Virus record (IMG/VR): IMGVR_UViG_3300036859_000196
Coordinates: 1-48,217 of that record
Reading direction: 5' to 3' (one strand)
Length of the DNA: 48,217 nt
From: a virus
The notes under the pieces were generated by a model, which did no database searches, had not been told where the DNA came from, and worked only from the letters and a program-made list of their open reading frames with translations. Position numbers and translations under genes: made by a program. This document shows positions 1-9,488 of this stretch, piece after piece. Position 1 is the stretch's first letter. Each line of letters opens with the position of its first letter.

Positions 1-125
1 TTACTGTGGATTGGGACCGCGACGTGATGGGCTACTCGCCCGACCGCGTCGACGCCCTGGTGTGGGCGATCACCGAACTGATGCTGGCCAACCGCGCCCG
101 CGGCGGCCTTGTGGGGACGTTCTGA
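1..125 (+). CDS. terL: Terminase large subunit, 3' terminal fragment (window-edge copy of 47403..47527)
   Basis: nt 1..127 identical to 47403..47529 and 48091..48217; stop TGA 123-125 overlaps portal ATG 125-127. Confidence 0.6.
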   Translation, partial: TVDWDRDVMGYSPDRVDALVWAITELMLANRARGGLVGTF

Positions 126-1501
126 TGCGCAAGCATGGCTTCATGTTGCGGTTGCGCACCGCCATCACGGCGTTCTGGCTCGCCAAGGCCTCCGCCGTCG
201 GCCCCCTCATCGCGCGCCTCGTCGTCGGCCGCGCCGTCTATCCCGAGCGAGACTACGCTAAGCTCGCGCAGGAGGCCTACCAGCGCAACAGCGTGGCCTC
301 GTCCGCCATCCGCATGATCGCCGAGTCAGTGGCCCAGATCCCATGGTGCATGTACTCCGGCAAGGGCGACAACCGCACAGAGATCGAGGAGCACCCGTTC
401 CTCGACCTGATGCAGTCGCCCAACCCCACGCAGGACTGGCAGTCGCTGATCACCGCACTGATCAGCAACTACAAGATCAGCGGCAACCTCTACTGCGAGC
501 GGACCGAGGAGGCGAAGATCGAGCGCATGGAGCTCTACGCGCACCGTCCCGACCGCATCACCATCGTGCCGGACGAGACCGGCGTGCCGGCGGCGTACAA
601 GTACCGCTGCGGCGGTGCCGAGCGCGACTTCGAGATCGACATCGACAAGCAGACGCGGCCGCTGCTCCACCTCAAGACGTTCAATCCGCTCAACGACTGG
701 TATGGTCAGAGCCCCCTCGATGCGTGCGCGTGGGCCATCGATCTGCACAACGGCTACTCGTCGCACAATCTGGGCCTGTTGCAGAACAGCGGCAGCCCAT
801 CGGGCGCGCTGGTATTCAGGGGTACCACGCAGGAGCCCGGCTCGCTGGACCCCGACCGGGCCGCGATCCTGCTTGCCCAGATCCGCGGCGAGGAACGCGG
901 CTACGACAAGAACGGCTCGCGAATGCTGCTCGACGGCGGCGAGTGGCAGTGGCTGCAGATGGGCCTCGATGCCGACAAGATGCAGTCGATGGAGGGCAAG
1001 AACCAGGCCGCGCGAGAGATAGCCTTCACGCTCGGCGTCCCCCCGATGCTGCTCGGCATTCCCGGTGACAACACCTATTCCAACTACCAGGAAGCGCGGC
1101 AGGCCTTCTACCAGGAGACCGTCATCCCGCTCGCGAGCATGCTGGTGCGTGCGTTCCAGCAGTGGTTCGCCAAGGCCCTCGGCAAGGGCGTGTATCTGGA
1201 GGCCAACATCGACGATCTCGACGCCCTGGCCGCAGCCCGCGCCGAGCAGTGGGACCGCATCGAGAAGTCCGAGCAGCTCACCACCAACGAGAAGCGCGAC
1301 GCCATGGGCTACGAGCCTGTCGACGGCGGCGACGTGCTGTACGTGAGCGCTGGCAAGATCCCGATCGATCAGGCGGTGGACACCTTCGAGGCCGATCAGG
1401 ACCGCGCCGACGAGGCGCTTGCGGCGAAGAAGCCGCCCAAGGTCAAGTCGGGCGGGCCGGTGTTCAAGTCGCCGCCCGTTGTCCATGAGGCAAGCGAATG
1501 A
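125..1501 (+). CDS. Portal protein (HK97-family-like)
   Basis: 458-aa ORF directly after terL; portal-like size and position; ATG 125 inside longer TTG-initiated ORF 11..1501. Confidence 0.8.
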   Translation: MRKHGFMLRLRTAITAFWLAKASAVGPLIARLVVGRAVYPERDYAKLAQEAYQRNSVASSAIRMIAESVAQIPWCMYSGKGDNRTEIEEHPFLDLMQSPNPTQDWQSLITALISNYKISGNLYCERTEEAKIERMELYAHRPDRITIVPDETGVPAAYKYRCGGAERDFEIDIDKQTRPLLHLKTFNPLNDWYGQSPLDACAWAIDLHNGYSSHNLGLLQNSGSPSGALVFRGTTQEPGSLDPDRAAILLAQIRGEERGYDKNGSRMLLDGGEWQWLQMGLDADKMQSMEGKNQAAREIAFTLGVPPMLLGIPGDNTYSNYQEARQAFYQETVIPLASMLVRAFQQWFAKALGKGVYLEANIDDLDALAAARAEQWDRIEKSEQLTTNEKRDAMGYEPVDGGDVLYVSAGKIPIDQAVDTFEADQDRADEALAAKKPPKVKSGGPVFKSPPVVHEASE

Positions 1502-1875
1502 GCGCCCACGACTACTACAGCGGCAAGGGCCTCCAGCTCCAATCCAAGTATTCCAGCGGGCACGGAACAGTGGTGTTGCAATACGACCGCGATCCAGAAC
1601 TTGACACGATTTGGTACGGTCGCCGGCTCGAAACGGTGCACATCACAATCGCCGAGGATGGCTCGATGTCCGAGACGATTGAGGAGTGGACGGGAGCGCC
1701 GTCGAACGTCAATCACTACTTGGTGCTTGCCGAAGCGCCCCCCGAGTTGCCGACGGATGCACAGATCGATGCCATCCGACAACTCAACCGCGAGGGTCAC
1801 CCCAGTGGTTATGAGGTAATCAAGTGGATCGCCGGCAAAGACGCCGCGGACCGCGCCGGTAGGATGCACGACTAG
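1498..1875 (+). CDS. Hypothetical protein (moron-like, lower GC), starts MSAHDYYS
   Basis: 125-aa ORF, ATGA overlap with portal stop; its first ~26 nt recur at 47968. Confidence 0.5.
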   Translation: MSAHDYYSGKGLQLQSKYSSGHGTVVLQYDRDPELDTIWYGRRLETVHITIAEDGSMSETIEEWTGAPSNVNHYLVLAEAPPELPTDAQIDAIRQLNREGHPSGYEVIKWIAGKDAADRAGRMHD

Positions 1876-1879
1876 CCCC

Positions 1880-3166
1880 ATGGTTCTCCCCCGGCTTGCC
1901 CCCCGCCAGCGCATGGAGCGGGCGGCCTCGGTGCGCCTGGTCGTTGCCCTGGAGACCGCGCTGGAGCGGAACCTCGCCCGCACCATCGTCGCCATCGGCC
2001 GCAACGCCATGTCACGCTACGTCGCCGGCGGCGATCCTGCCGCCGTTGATGCCGTTGATATGTCAACAATCGGCCGCGTGCTCGCCCCATCGCTCCGCAA
2101 CACGGCGCGGGTGTTCGGCCGCGCCCTCGTATCGAAATCGACAGACATCGGCATCGAGACCAAGGCCTTCGAGGATCTCGATGCCGGCGTCGAGGAGTTC
2201 CTTCGCGCGCACACGGCCGACCGCGTGGTTCAGATCTCCGACGCCCTGAAGCGCATCATCACCAACATCATCCGCGACGGGTTGGAGGCCAACCGCGGCG
2301 TCGAGGAGGTGGCCCAGGCCATCGTCGAGGCCACGTCCGGCACCATGGCCATGGCCAGAGCCCGGCGCATCGCCCGCACCGAGACGCACATGGCGGCCAA
2401 TGCCGGCCAGCTCGCCGCCGCCCGCGCATCGCCGCTGCAATGGCGTAAGGAGTGGCTCGCCACCGAGGACCAGCGCACGCGCGAGGACCACGCCGAGGCC
2501 AACGGGCAGACGGTCGACCTTGACGAGCCGTTCATCGTCGGCGGCGAGGAGATGATGATGCCGGGCGATCCGAATGCGCCGCCCGAGCAGACCATAAATT
2601 GTCGGTGTGCAGTTCTTTACAGCCCGATCGCCGCGGTGCAGCGCCCCGATGATGATGAAGCCGGCGGCGTCGAGCTCAACGACCTGCTCACCGATCCCGA
2701 CCTGTGGCGCGCGTTCTTCCAGCAGTTGGAGGAGCGCAACGCCCTGCCGGCCGACGTCGTGCTCTACGCCACCGGCGAGGCGTGCGGCCTGCCGCAATTC
2801 GCGTCCGCCGATGACATCGAGATAGGGAGTGAACTCGTCACCCCGCGCTCAGCGAGCATGAACCCCATCTTGGTCAATGCCGGCGCGGGGCTGCCCGATA
2901 CTTTCCCGCTCTACGGACGCCCGGTGGTCGTGAAGATCGCCGCGCCGGCCGGCACGCCGGCGGAGAGCGGCGCCACGATCGCCATGGAGGTGAAGCTCCG
3001 TGAGGACGTGCGCATCGTCGTCACCGCCGTGACCGAAGAGCGCTGGGGCGAGGCGCAGGACGAGGCCGGCGTCGAACGCGACCGTCCGCGTGCCCGCTAC
3101 CGCCATCAACGCATGCCCGCGAGGCGAGGCATCACATTGGTTGAAGCAGAGGTTCAGACGAAATGA
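1880..3166 (+). CDS. Head morphogenesis protein (Mu gpF / SPP1 gp7-like)
   Basis: Motifs ARTETHMAANAGQ, TEDQRTREDHAEANGQTV, INCRCAV typical of Phage_Mu_F domain. Confidence 0.7.
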   Translation: MVLPRLAPRQRMERAASVRLVVALETALERNLARTIVAIGRNAMSRYVAGGDPAAVDAVDMSTIGRVLAPSLRNTARVFGRALVSKSTDIGIETKAFEDLDAGVEEFLRAHTADRVVQISDALKRIITNIIRDGLEANRGVEEVAQAIVEATSGTMAMARARRIARTETHMAANAGQLAAARASPLQWRKEWLATEDQRTREDHAEANGQTVDLDEPFIVGGEEMMMPGDPNAPPEQTINCRCAVLYSPIAAVQRPDDDEAGGVELNDLLTDPDLWRAFFQQLEERNALPADVVLYATGEACGLPQFASADDIEIGSELVTPRSASMNPILVNAGAGLPDTFPLYGRPVVVKIAAPAGTPAESGATIAMEVKLREDVRIVVTAVTEERWGEAQDEAGVERDRPRARYRHQRMPARRGITLVEAEVQTK

Positions 3167-3867
3167 CCAAGCCGCTCACCCGAGCCGAGCTGGAGCACAA
3201 GGCCGTCAGGCTCGAATTGAAGTCGCTGGACGAGGCCGGCATCTTCGAGGGCTACGCCAGCGTCTTCGGTAACGAGGATCTCGGCGCCGACATTGTCGCC
3301 AAGGGCGCATTCGCCAACTGCCTTCGCCAGCGCGGCGTGCGCGGCGTCAAGATGCTGCACGAGCACGACTGTCAGAAGCCCATCGGGCGCTGGGTCGATC
3401 TCATGGAGGACAGCCACGGACTGCTCGCCAAGGGCAAGCTCAACCTCAATCTCGCGAACGGCCGCGAGGTCTACGAGATGCTCAAGGATGAGATGCTTGA
3501 CGGACTCAGCATCGGCTTCCGGGTTGTCAAGGCAACATCCGCACGCGGAAACGAGTCCGTGCGGACACTCGAAGAGGTCGATCTCAGAGAAATTTCAACA
3601 GTCCTCTTCCCAATGAACGAAATGGCTGTTATAGGCTCGGTCAAGGGTATTCACCCGCCGGACAGCAGCGAATTCGTTCGCGAGTTCGAGCGGTGGCTCA
3701 TGCAGGACGCTGGGCTTACCCGCACGAAAGCCCGCCAAATCCTTGGCGGGTACAAGACCCTCAGAGCCATGCCGGACGCTGGCGACGAGGTGGCAATGCC
3801 ACCTGGCGTCGTTTGGTCGTCCCTTGAGGACGGTCTGCGACGCCTCAGCGACGCAGCTAGCCAATAG
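3163..3867 (+). CDS. Prohead protease (HK97 gp4-like)
   Basis: N-terminal FEGYASVFGNEDLGADIVAKGAF resembles HK97 prohead protease family; sits upstream of capsid gene. Confidence 0.75.
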   Translation: MTKPLTRAELEHKAVRLELKSLDEAGIFEGYASVFGNEDLGADIVAKGAFANCLRQRGVRGVKMLHEHDCQKPIGRWVDLMEDSHGLLAKGKLNLNLANGREVYEMLKDEMLDGLSIGFRVVKATSARGNESVRTLEEVDLREISTVLFPMNEMAVIGSVKGIHPPDSSEFVREFERWLMQDAGLTRTKARQILGGYKTLRAMPDAGDEVAMPPGVVWSSLEDGLRRLSDAASQ

Positions 3868-3879
3868 GGGTGTCCAACA

Positions 3880-5226
3880 ATGCCTGATGGCGCAATCCCA
3901 ACCGAAGTGAAGGCCCTCTTCGACGACCTGCAGAAGACGCTCCTCGCCAACCGCACGAAGGCCGAGGAGTTGGAGAAGCAGGTCAAGAAGACCGGCGAAG
4001 ACGCTGTGACGAAGGCGGAGCTCAAGAAGACCGACGACGCCTTCGAGGCCCTCAAGACGAAGATCACCGACGAGATCAACGCGCTTCACAAGAAGGCGTC
4101 CCGTCCCGTCGTGGCGCAGGTCACCGACGCCAAGTCCGCGGCGCTGGAGACCAAGGCTAATGCCGAGTTCGGCCGCTGGATCACGCCCGCCGGACATGCG
4201 GTGGACGTGACCAAGGCCGGCGCGGCGCGCATTGAGTATTCCAAGGCCTTCGAGACCTACCTCCGCAAGGGCAAGGACGGGCTGAGCGACCTCGAAGCGA
4301 AGGCGCTGTCCGTCGGCAGTGCACCCGACGGCGGCTTCTTCGTCGAGCCGTTCCGCAGCCAGCAGATCATCGACAAGCTCTACGAGACGAGCGCCATGCG
4401 CGCGATCGCCTCGGTGATCTCCATCACCTCGAAGTCGGTGGAGTATCCCATCGACCGCGATGAAGCGACCACCGGCTGGGTCGGCGAGCAGTCCTCGCGC
4501 CCGGAGACCAACACGCCGCAGGTCGGCATGCTGGAGATCCCCGTGCACGAGCTCTACGCGCTGCCCAAAGCGACGCAGAACCTTCTCGACGACGCCGGCT
4601 TCAACGTCCAGTCCTGGCTCGATATGAAGGTGGCTGACGAGATGGGCCGCGAGGAGAACAAGCAGTTCGTCCTCGGCAACGGGGTCAAGCAGCCCAAGGG
4701 CTTCACGACCTACACGACCGCGGCGACGGCCGATGCCTCCCGAGCCTTCGGGACGCTGGAGCGCGTCAACACTGGCCAAAACGGCGCATTCAAGACGCTG
4801 GCCGCCGGCCCGCCTATCGTCAACCCGGCGGACGACCTGCTGGACCTGATCTACAAGTTCAAGTCCGGCTATCGCTCGCGTCTGCGCTGGGGCGGCACCA
4901 AGCTCACCCTGGGCGCGGTCCGCAAGTTCAAGGACCTCCAGGGCAACTACATATATGACGCCCGCCTAGGCGCCAACGGCATCATCGACACGGTGTTCGG
5001 CTATCCGTGGGACGAGCTCGCCGACATGGCGGACTACACCACGACCGGCGCGCTCGGCATCGCGCTCGCCGACTGGAAGCGCGGCTACCAGATCGTCGAC
5101 CGCCAGGGCATCCGCCAACTGCGCGATCCCTACACGTCGAAGGGCTACGTGCTGTTCTACACGACCAAGCGTGTCGGCGGCGGCGTGCTCGACAGCGACG
5201 CGATCAAGTTCATTCAGTTCAGCTGA
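3880..5226 (+). CDS. Major capsid protein (HK97 fold)
   Basis: 448 aa, N-terminal coiled-coil delta-like domain then capsid-like body; follows protease. Confidence 0.8.
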   Translation: MPDGAIPTEVKALFDDLQKTLLANRTKAEELEKQVKKTGEDAVTKAELKKTDDAFEALKTKITDEINALHKKASRPVVAQVTDAKSAALETKANAEFGRWITPAGHAVDVTKAGAARIEYSKAFETYLRKGKDGLSDLEAKALSVGSAPDGGFFVEPFRSQQIIDKLYETSAMRAIASVISITSKSVEYPIDRDEATTGWVGEQSSRPETNTPQVGMLEIPVHELYALPKATQNLLDDAGFNVQSWLDMKVADEMGREENKQFVLGNGVKQPKGFTTYTTAATADASRAFGTLERVNTGQNGAFKTLAAGPPIVNPADDLLDLIYKFKSGYRSRLRWGGTKLTLGAVRKFKDLQGNYIYDARLGANGIIDTVFGYPWDELADMADYTTTGALGIALADWKRGYQIVDRQGIRQLRDPYTSKGYVLFYTTKRVGGGVLDSDAIKFIQFS

Positions 5227-5238
5227 GGGAGGCCGAAC

Positions 5239-5619
5239 ATGGATGCGCTCCAAGTCGCCACACTGACGGTTCTGAATGGCCAGAGCCTGTCGGACGCAGT
5301 GGACCTAAGCGGGTGGGACGTCGTCGCGCTTCGCTCTCCCGCCAGCGTTGAGGCCAGTGCCTTCGGCTTCAAGGCCTCGTTGGATGGATCGAACTTCTTC
5401 GATGTGAACTACGCATGGAAGAACAGCAGCGGCGACTTCGTACGGAAGAAGCTTGAATACCCGTCTTCTTCCTCTGAATACGCCGTTATTTCCAACGAGG
5501 ATGCTCGCGTTGACTGGCGATCCATCCGCTGGCTGAAGCTCGAAATGCGTTCGGGTGGCTCGCCCATCAACGTGGGGGCCAACCGCGTCTTCGAGCTGGT
5601 CCTTCGTCGCTGCAACTAA
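5239..5619 (+). CDS. Hypothetical protein
   Basis: 126-aa ORF with RBS-like context after capsid gene. Confidence 0.45.
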   Translation: MDALQVATLTVLNGQSLSDAVDLSGWDVVALRSPASVEASAFGFKASLDGSNFFDVNYAWKNSSGDFVRKKLEYPSSSSEYAVISNEDARVDWRSIRWLKLEMRSGGSPINVGANRVFELVLRRCN

Positions 5620-5639
5620 TCTCAGGAGACCAGGGACCA

Positions 5640-6061
5640 TGATCCCACACGACCTTCACAACCGGCTGTCGTTCCTGCGCAGCAACGAGCCGGTCACGCT
5701 CACCAACCTCAACACGGCGCAGGTCGGCCAGATCATCGACATGGTCGACCTCATGTCGCTGGAGTACGTCATTGCCGCGGGCGCTCTGACAGACGCTGCC
5801 ATGACGCTGACGCCGCTGGTGGAGCACGGCGACGCATCGAACCTCTCGGATGCCGCAGCGGTGGACGACGTCGACCTCCTCGGCACCGAGGCTGCCGCCA
5901 TCTTCACCCAGGCGGACGACAACGCGGTGAAGACCGTTGGCTACGTCGGCACCAAGCGCTACGTGCGCCTGACGCTGACGCCTGCGGGCAACGACGCCGG
6001 CAGCGCCACTTTTGGAGCCACGGCGGTCGGCATCAAGCGCTTCCGTGGCACTGGCAACTGA
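5640..6061 (+). CDS. Hypothetical protein
   Basis: ATG 5640 inside ORF 5555..6061; co-oriented with late operon. Confidence 0.45.
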
Positions 6062-6133
6062 TGCTGTCGGACTGGCGGTCCTCCGGCCTGGTGCCGAGCA
6101 GGCCCGCCAGCCGACCCCCGCAGGTGGAGAGAA

Positions 6134-6489
6134 TGCGCTACGGCCTACCGCCAGAGCAACCCCCAGAGGCCACGATCCGCGTCCGCATGGTGAAGACCAC
6201 CAAGGCAACGCTGGATGGTGGCCGCACCGCCAAGGTCTACGAGGCCGGGCGGGACTACGATCTCCCGGAGTGGCTGGCGGAAGCGTTCTTCAAAGGTGGG
6301 GAAGGCGACCCCGCCGAGGCGCACGAGGGGCTGGACGCGGCGGGCGAACAGACTCATTCCGAGGCTGCACAAGCAGCAACGGGAGATGGAAATGACGCCA
6401 CAGGCGGCGCTGACCACGATACTGAAGCGTCTCACCCGCCTCGCCAATCGCGGCGACCGCGCGGACCTCGACGCCTTCATGGAGAGTGA
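6134..6489 (+). CDS. Hypothetical protein (frame overlaps next gene)
   Basis: Internal Met MRYGLPPEQ... of ORF 6061..6489; C-terminal half low complexity. Confidence 0.25.
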
Positions 6490-6844
6490 CGAACTTTCCA
6501 GGCTCCGGCAGTTCATTCTGCCGAAGAGCATCCCGGTGGTCGGGGCGGCGTACGACAAGGCGTTGGAGCGGATACAACTGCGCCACCGGCCGCTTGCCCC
6601 CGGAAAGCGGCGCGCGTGCTGGACGGCCGACATGGTGGCGAGGCTCAAGGCGTCCTGGGATCGCCACGGCAACCCGTACCGCGTCGCTCGCGAACTCGGC
6701 ATCACCGAGAAGGCGGCCAAGGTTGCATATCGCAAGTTTATCGAGAATGGCGCCGCGCCGCGCCAGACGCTCCAGGACGGCCGCTCAGTGGCTGGGGGCC
6801 CTACTAGCGGCCCGGTCCTGGACCCCCTGAAGCGCGCGGCGTGA
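6392..6844 (+). CDS. Hypothetical protein with HTH-like segment
   Basis: ATG 6392 with GGAG 6 nt upstream, inside ORF 6215..6844; segment PYRVARELGITEKAAKVAYRKF. Confidence 0.35.
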   Translation: MTPQAALTTILKRLTRLANRGDRADLDAFMESDELSRLRQFILPKSIPVVGAAYDKALERIQLRHRPLAPGKRRACWTADMVARLKASWDRHGNPYRVARELGITEKAAKVAYRKFIENGAAPRQTLQDGRSVAGGPTSGPVLDPLKRAA

Positions 6845-6853
6845 GGCGTTCCC

Positions 6854-7501
6854 ATGGGCCCCTCCCGCGGCAGCCTCGAACTGGTGACCGCCCCGGCAAC
6901 GGAGCCGGCCACGATTGCAGAGGCAAAGGCGCACGCCCGCATCGAGACTTCGGCCGACGATGCGCTGCTCGGCGCCTACATCACGGGGGCGCGCGAGCTG
7001 GTCGAGCGCACCACCGGCCGGGCGCTTATCACGCAGACCTGGAAGCTGACCCTCGACTGCTGGCCCGGATCGCGGGACGACGACTGGTGGGACGGCGTTC
7101 GGGAACTGCCGATCAGCTACGGCGAGGGCACCCACGTCGAGATCCGCAAGGCGCCGTTCCTGGCCATAACGTCGGTCGTGACGCTCGACGAGAGCGACAC
7201 GCCTACCACGTGGGCGTCGAGCAACTACTACGTCGACAAGCGCCACGGCTTCGGCCGGCTGATCAAGAAGCAGGGTGTGGTGTGGCCGACCATCATCGGC
7301 CGGGACTTCGGGGCGATCGTCATCGCCTTCACGGCAGGGTACGGAGCGAACGCGAGCGACGTGCCGATGGCGCTGCGGCAGTCGGTGAAGGATATCGTGG
7401 CCCACTGGTATGAGAACCGCGAGGCGGCCGCAGAGGTGAACTTCAACGAGGCGCCGATGAAGACGCGGGCGCTGCTGCAGCAATACACGGTGGCGAGGTG
7501 A
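6854..7501 (+). CDS. Head-tail connector protein (gp6-like, GTA-type)
   Basis: N-terminal ATIAEAKAHARIETSADDALLGAYITGARELVERTTGRAL typical of phage gp6 connector family. Confidence 0.65.
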   Translation: MGPSRGSLELVTAPATEPATIAEAKAHARIETSADDALLGAYITGARELVERTTGRALITQTWKLTLDCWPGSRDDDWWDGVRELPISYGEGTHVEIRKAPFLAITSVVTLDESDTPTTWASSNYYVDKRHGFGRLIKKQGVVWPTIIGRDFGAIVIAFTAGYGANASDVPMALRQSVKDIVAHWYENREAAAEVNFNEAPMKTRALLQQYTVAR

Positions 7502-7537
7502 GACGGATGAGCACGGAATGGAAGACCGATATGAGCG

Positions 7538-7600
7538 ATGAGGCCGACGGTCTACGCCGTCTCGAAGACCGCACCGGGGGCGCATAGCGCATACCGCTAA
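7538..7600 (+). CDS. 20-codon micro-ORF MRPTVYAVSKTAPGAHSAYR ending in the PGAH-x-[VA]-YR tail
   Basis: Hand translation; stop TAA 7598-7600 overlaps ATG 7600 of next gene; tail matches four larger ORFs. Confidence 0.35.
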   Translation: MRPTVYAVSKTAPGAHSAYR

Positions 7601-7971
7601 TGCCCAAGCACGCCGGCGAGCTCCGCGACCGCATCCGCATCGACCAGGACCTCGGCGCGACGGTGAACGTCATCGGCGACGCGGTGCCGGATTGGCAGCC
7701 GCTGATTACGGGCACCGACGACGGAATGATCTGGGCCAACGTCGCCCCGATGAGCGCGGGCGAGCAGTGGCGGCGTCTACAGATGAATGCGGAGGCGAAC
7801 TGGAAGGTCACGATCCGCCACCGCACGGACATAACCCCCAGGATGCGCGTCGTCTTCGGCCCGCGCGTCATGGAGATACGCGGCATCGTCAACCCCGACA
7901 TGAAGCGCCGGTTCCTCGAATTGGCCTGCGAAGAATTGGTAGCCGCCGATATAGTGGGGGCCGTGCCGTGA
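7600..7971 (+). CDS. Head closure / head-tail joining protein
   Basis: 123 aa; size, position and sequence pattern consistent with Phage_H_T_join family. Confidence 0.65.
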   Translation: MPKHAGELRDRIRIDQDLGATVNVIGDAVPDWQPLITGTDDGMIWANVAPMSAGEQWRRLQMNAEANWKVTIRHRTDITPRMRVVFGPRVMEIRGIVNPDMKRRFLELACEELVAADIVGAVP

Positions 7972-8465
7972 GGATCGCCGTCACCACGCCGCCGGACCTC
8001 GATTTCTCCGCCCTCGAAGCGGAGGCCCGCGCCGCCGTGGACCAGGCGCTCAAGGCCGGCGTGCAGATGATCGCCAACGATGCGAAGCGCGCGGTGGCAA
8101 GCGGCCCCAAGACGGGCAATATCTATACGCACTATTTCCGTACCGGCCCCAACGGCGGCGTGTTCCCGGTCGAGAAGCGCGGCGTGCCGCACCAGGCCTC
8201 CGCCCCGGGCGAGGCGCCGGCAACCGACACGGGGCGGCTGGTCAACTCCATCGTCGCCGATGCGGAGTGGACCGGCGACAGCATCACCGGCTACGTGCGT
8301 GCCGATGTGGAGTACGCGCGCTGGCTCGAATACGGCACGCGCAAGATCCTGCCGCGCCCGTTCCTGATCCCGGCGATCGAGCGCAACCGGCAGCGCATCG
8401 TCGACCTGATCCGGGTCGCATTCGCAACGGCCGCGGGGCAGTTCGCCCGCAAGGTGAGGAGATAG
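7968..8465 (+). CDS. Tail component protein, HK97 gp10 family
   Basis: GTG 7968; C-terminal EYARWLEYGTRKILPRPFLIPAIERN resembles HK97 gp10 family. Confidence 0.65.
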   Translation: MRIAVTTPPDLDFSALEAEARAAVDQALKAGVQMIANDAKRAVASGPKTGNIYTHYFRTGPNGGVFPVEKRGVPHQASAPGEAPATDTGRLVNSIVADAEWTGDSITGYVRADVEYARWLEYGTRKILPRPFLIPAIERNRQRIVDLIRVAFATAAGQFARKVRR

Positions 8466-8470
8466 GCCCC

Positions 8471-8764
8471 ATGGACGAGAAGCGAGCAGCCGACGACGCA
8501 GTCCGGTACCGCGAGGCGCTGTCGATGATCGAGCAGATGCAGCCGATGGCCGACAAGCTCTACGACTGGCGCATCGACCCCAACGGCCGGTTGCGGGACG
8601 CGCTCGACGTATTCCAGCGCACCTGCAGTGACATCATCGAGGCGCTATCCACCGACGCTCTGGCAGAGGGCTTGAACGATTTGTCGCGGGACGGAGGGCG
8701 CATGTTCTCCGACCGCCGCCCGCTCGATGCCAAGGCAAGGGGCGCGCATAGCGTCTACCGCTGA
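8471..8764 (+). CDS. Small acidic helical protein, C-terminal ...ARGAHSVYR tail family
   Basis: ATG 8471 with GAGGAG upstream inside ORF 8267..8764; shared C-terminal motif. Confidence 0.6.
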   Translation: MDEKRAADDAVRYREALSMIEQMQPMADKLYDWRIDPNGRLRDALDVFQRTCSDIIEALSTDALAEGLNDLSRDGGRMFSDRRPLDAKARGAHSVYR

Positions 8765-8767
8765 TTG

Positions 8768-9178
8768 ATGGCCGACCGCTCCGTCGAACTGTTCGCAGCC
8801 CTCCGCACCGCCCTCGCGGGCGACGCGGCGCTGGCGACAGTGCTCGGCGGATCGGGGCGCGTGCACAGCGCCATGACGCCCGCTGGTGCGCCGCCGCCCT
8901 ACGTGGTGATCGGCGATGAGACGGCCGCGGACTATGGCGCCAGCGACGGAGACAGCCAGGAGCACACCGTCACGATGCACGTGTGGACCGAGGAGCCCGG
9001 CAAGCTGCAGTGCCTGCAGGCGATGTCCGCGGTGCGCGCGGCACTGCACGACGTAGATCTGTCCCTCTCCGGCGGGCTGCTGGTCAACCTGCGTTGCGAG
9101 TTCAAGGAGACGTTCCGCGACCCGGACGGCGTTTCCCAGCACGGCGTCATGCGCTTCCGGGCCGTAACGACGGGGTGA
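8768..9178 (+). CDS. Tail completion-like protein (DUF3168-like)
   Basis: 137 aa; segment PPPYVVIGDETAADYG...HTVTMHVWTEEPG; position as in GTA clusters. Confidence 0.55.
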   Translation: MADRSVELFAALRTALAGDAALATVLGGSGRVHSAMTPAGAPPPYVVIGDETAADYGASDGDSQEHTVTMHVWTEEPGKLQCLQAMSAVRAALHDVDLSLSGGLLVNLRCEFKETFRDPDGVSQHGVMRFRAVTTG

Positions 9179-9182
9179 CATC

Positions 9183-9473
9183 ATGGGAAGGCGACACGCT
9201 TACATCGAGGCCATAAGCGAAAAATTGGGCGAGTTGGAGACACAGCTCCATGATCTCGCGGATGCAGCGGCGCGCGTGCGCGATGAGTCAATGCAGATGA
9301 GCGTCGCGCAGAGCATGAATGAGTTCCTTGCTGGGCTGTCGCGCTCTCAGAGCGCGCTACTCAGCGCAAGACGTGCTCTCGACACGATCGAAGATCCGAC
9401 CATATGGGACCCGACGAAGTCTGCACCCGGCGTCGAGGGCAGAATTCCCGGCGCGCACCGCGCCTATCGCTAG
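9183..9473 (+). CDS. Small helical protein, C-terminal ...IPGAHRAYR tail family
   Basis: 96-aa ORF; shared C-terminal motif. Confidence 0.6.
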   Translation: MGRRHAYIEAISEKLGELETQLHDLADAAARVRDESMQMSVAQSMNEFLAGLSRSQSALLSARRALDTIEDPTIWDPTKSAPGVEGRIPGAHRAYR

Positions 9474-9488
9474 CAAGGAGCACTCCCC

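Noticed and set aside
326-1486. Long antisense ORFs opposite the structural genes (for example 326..1486, 2063..2797, 3595..4779, 13203..14243, 46850..47611)
   Set aside because: Typical shadow ORFs of ~65% GC DNA; they sit opposite ORFs with recognisable phage motifs and have Arg/Ala/Gly-rich low-complexity translations.
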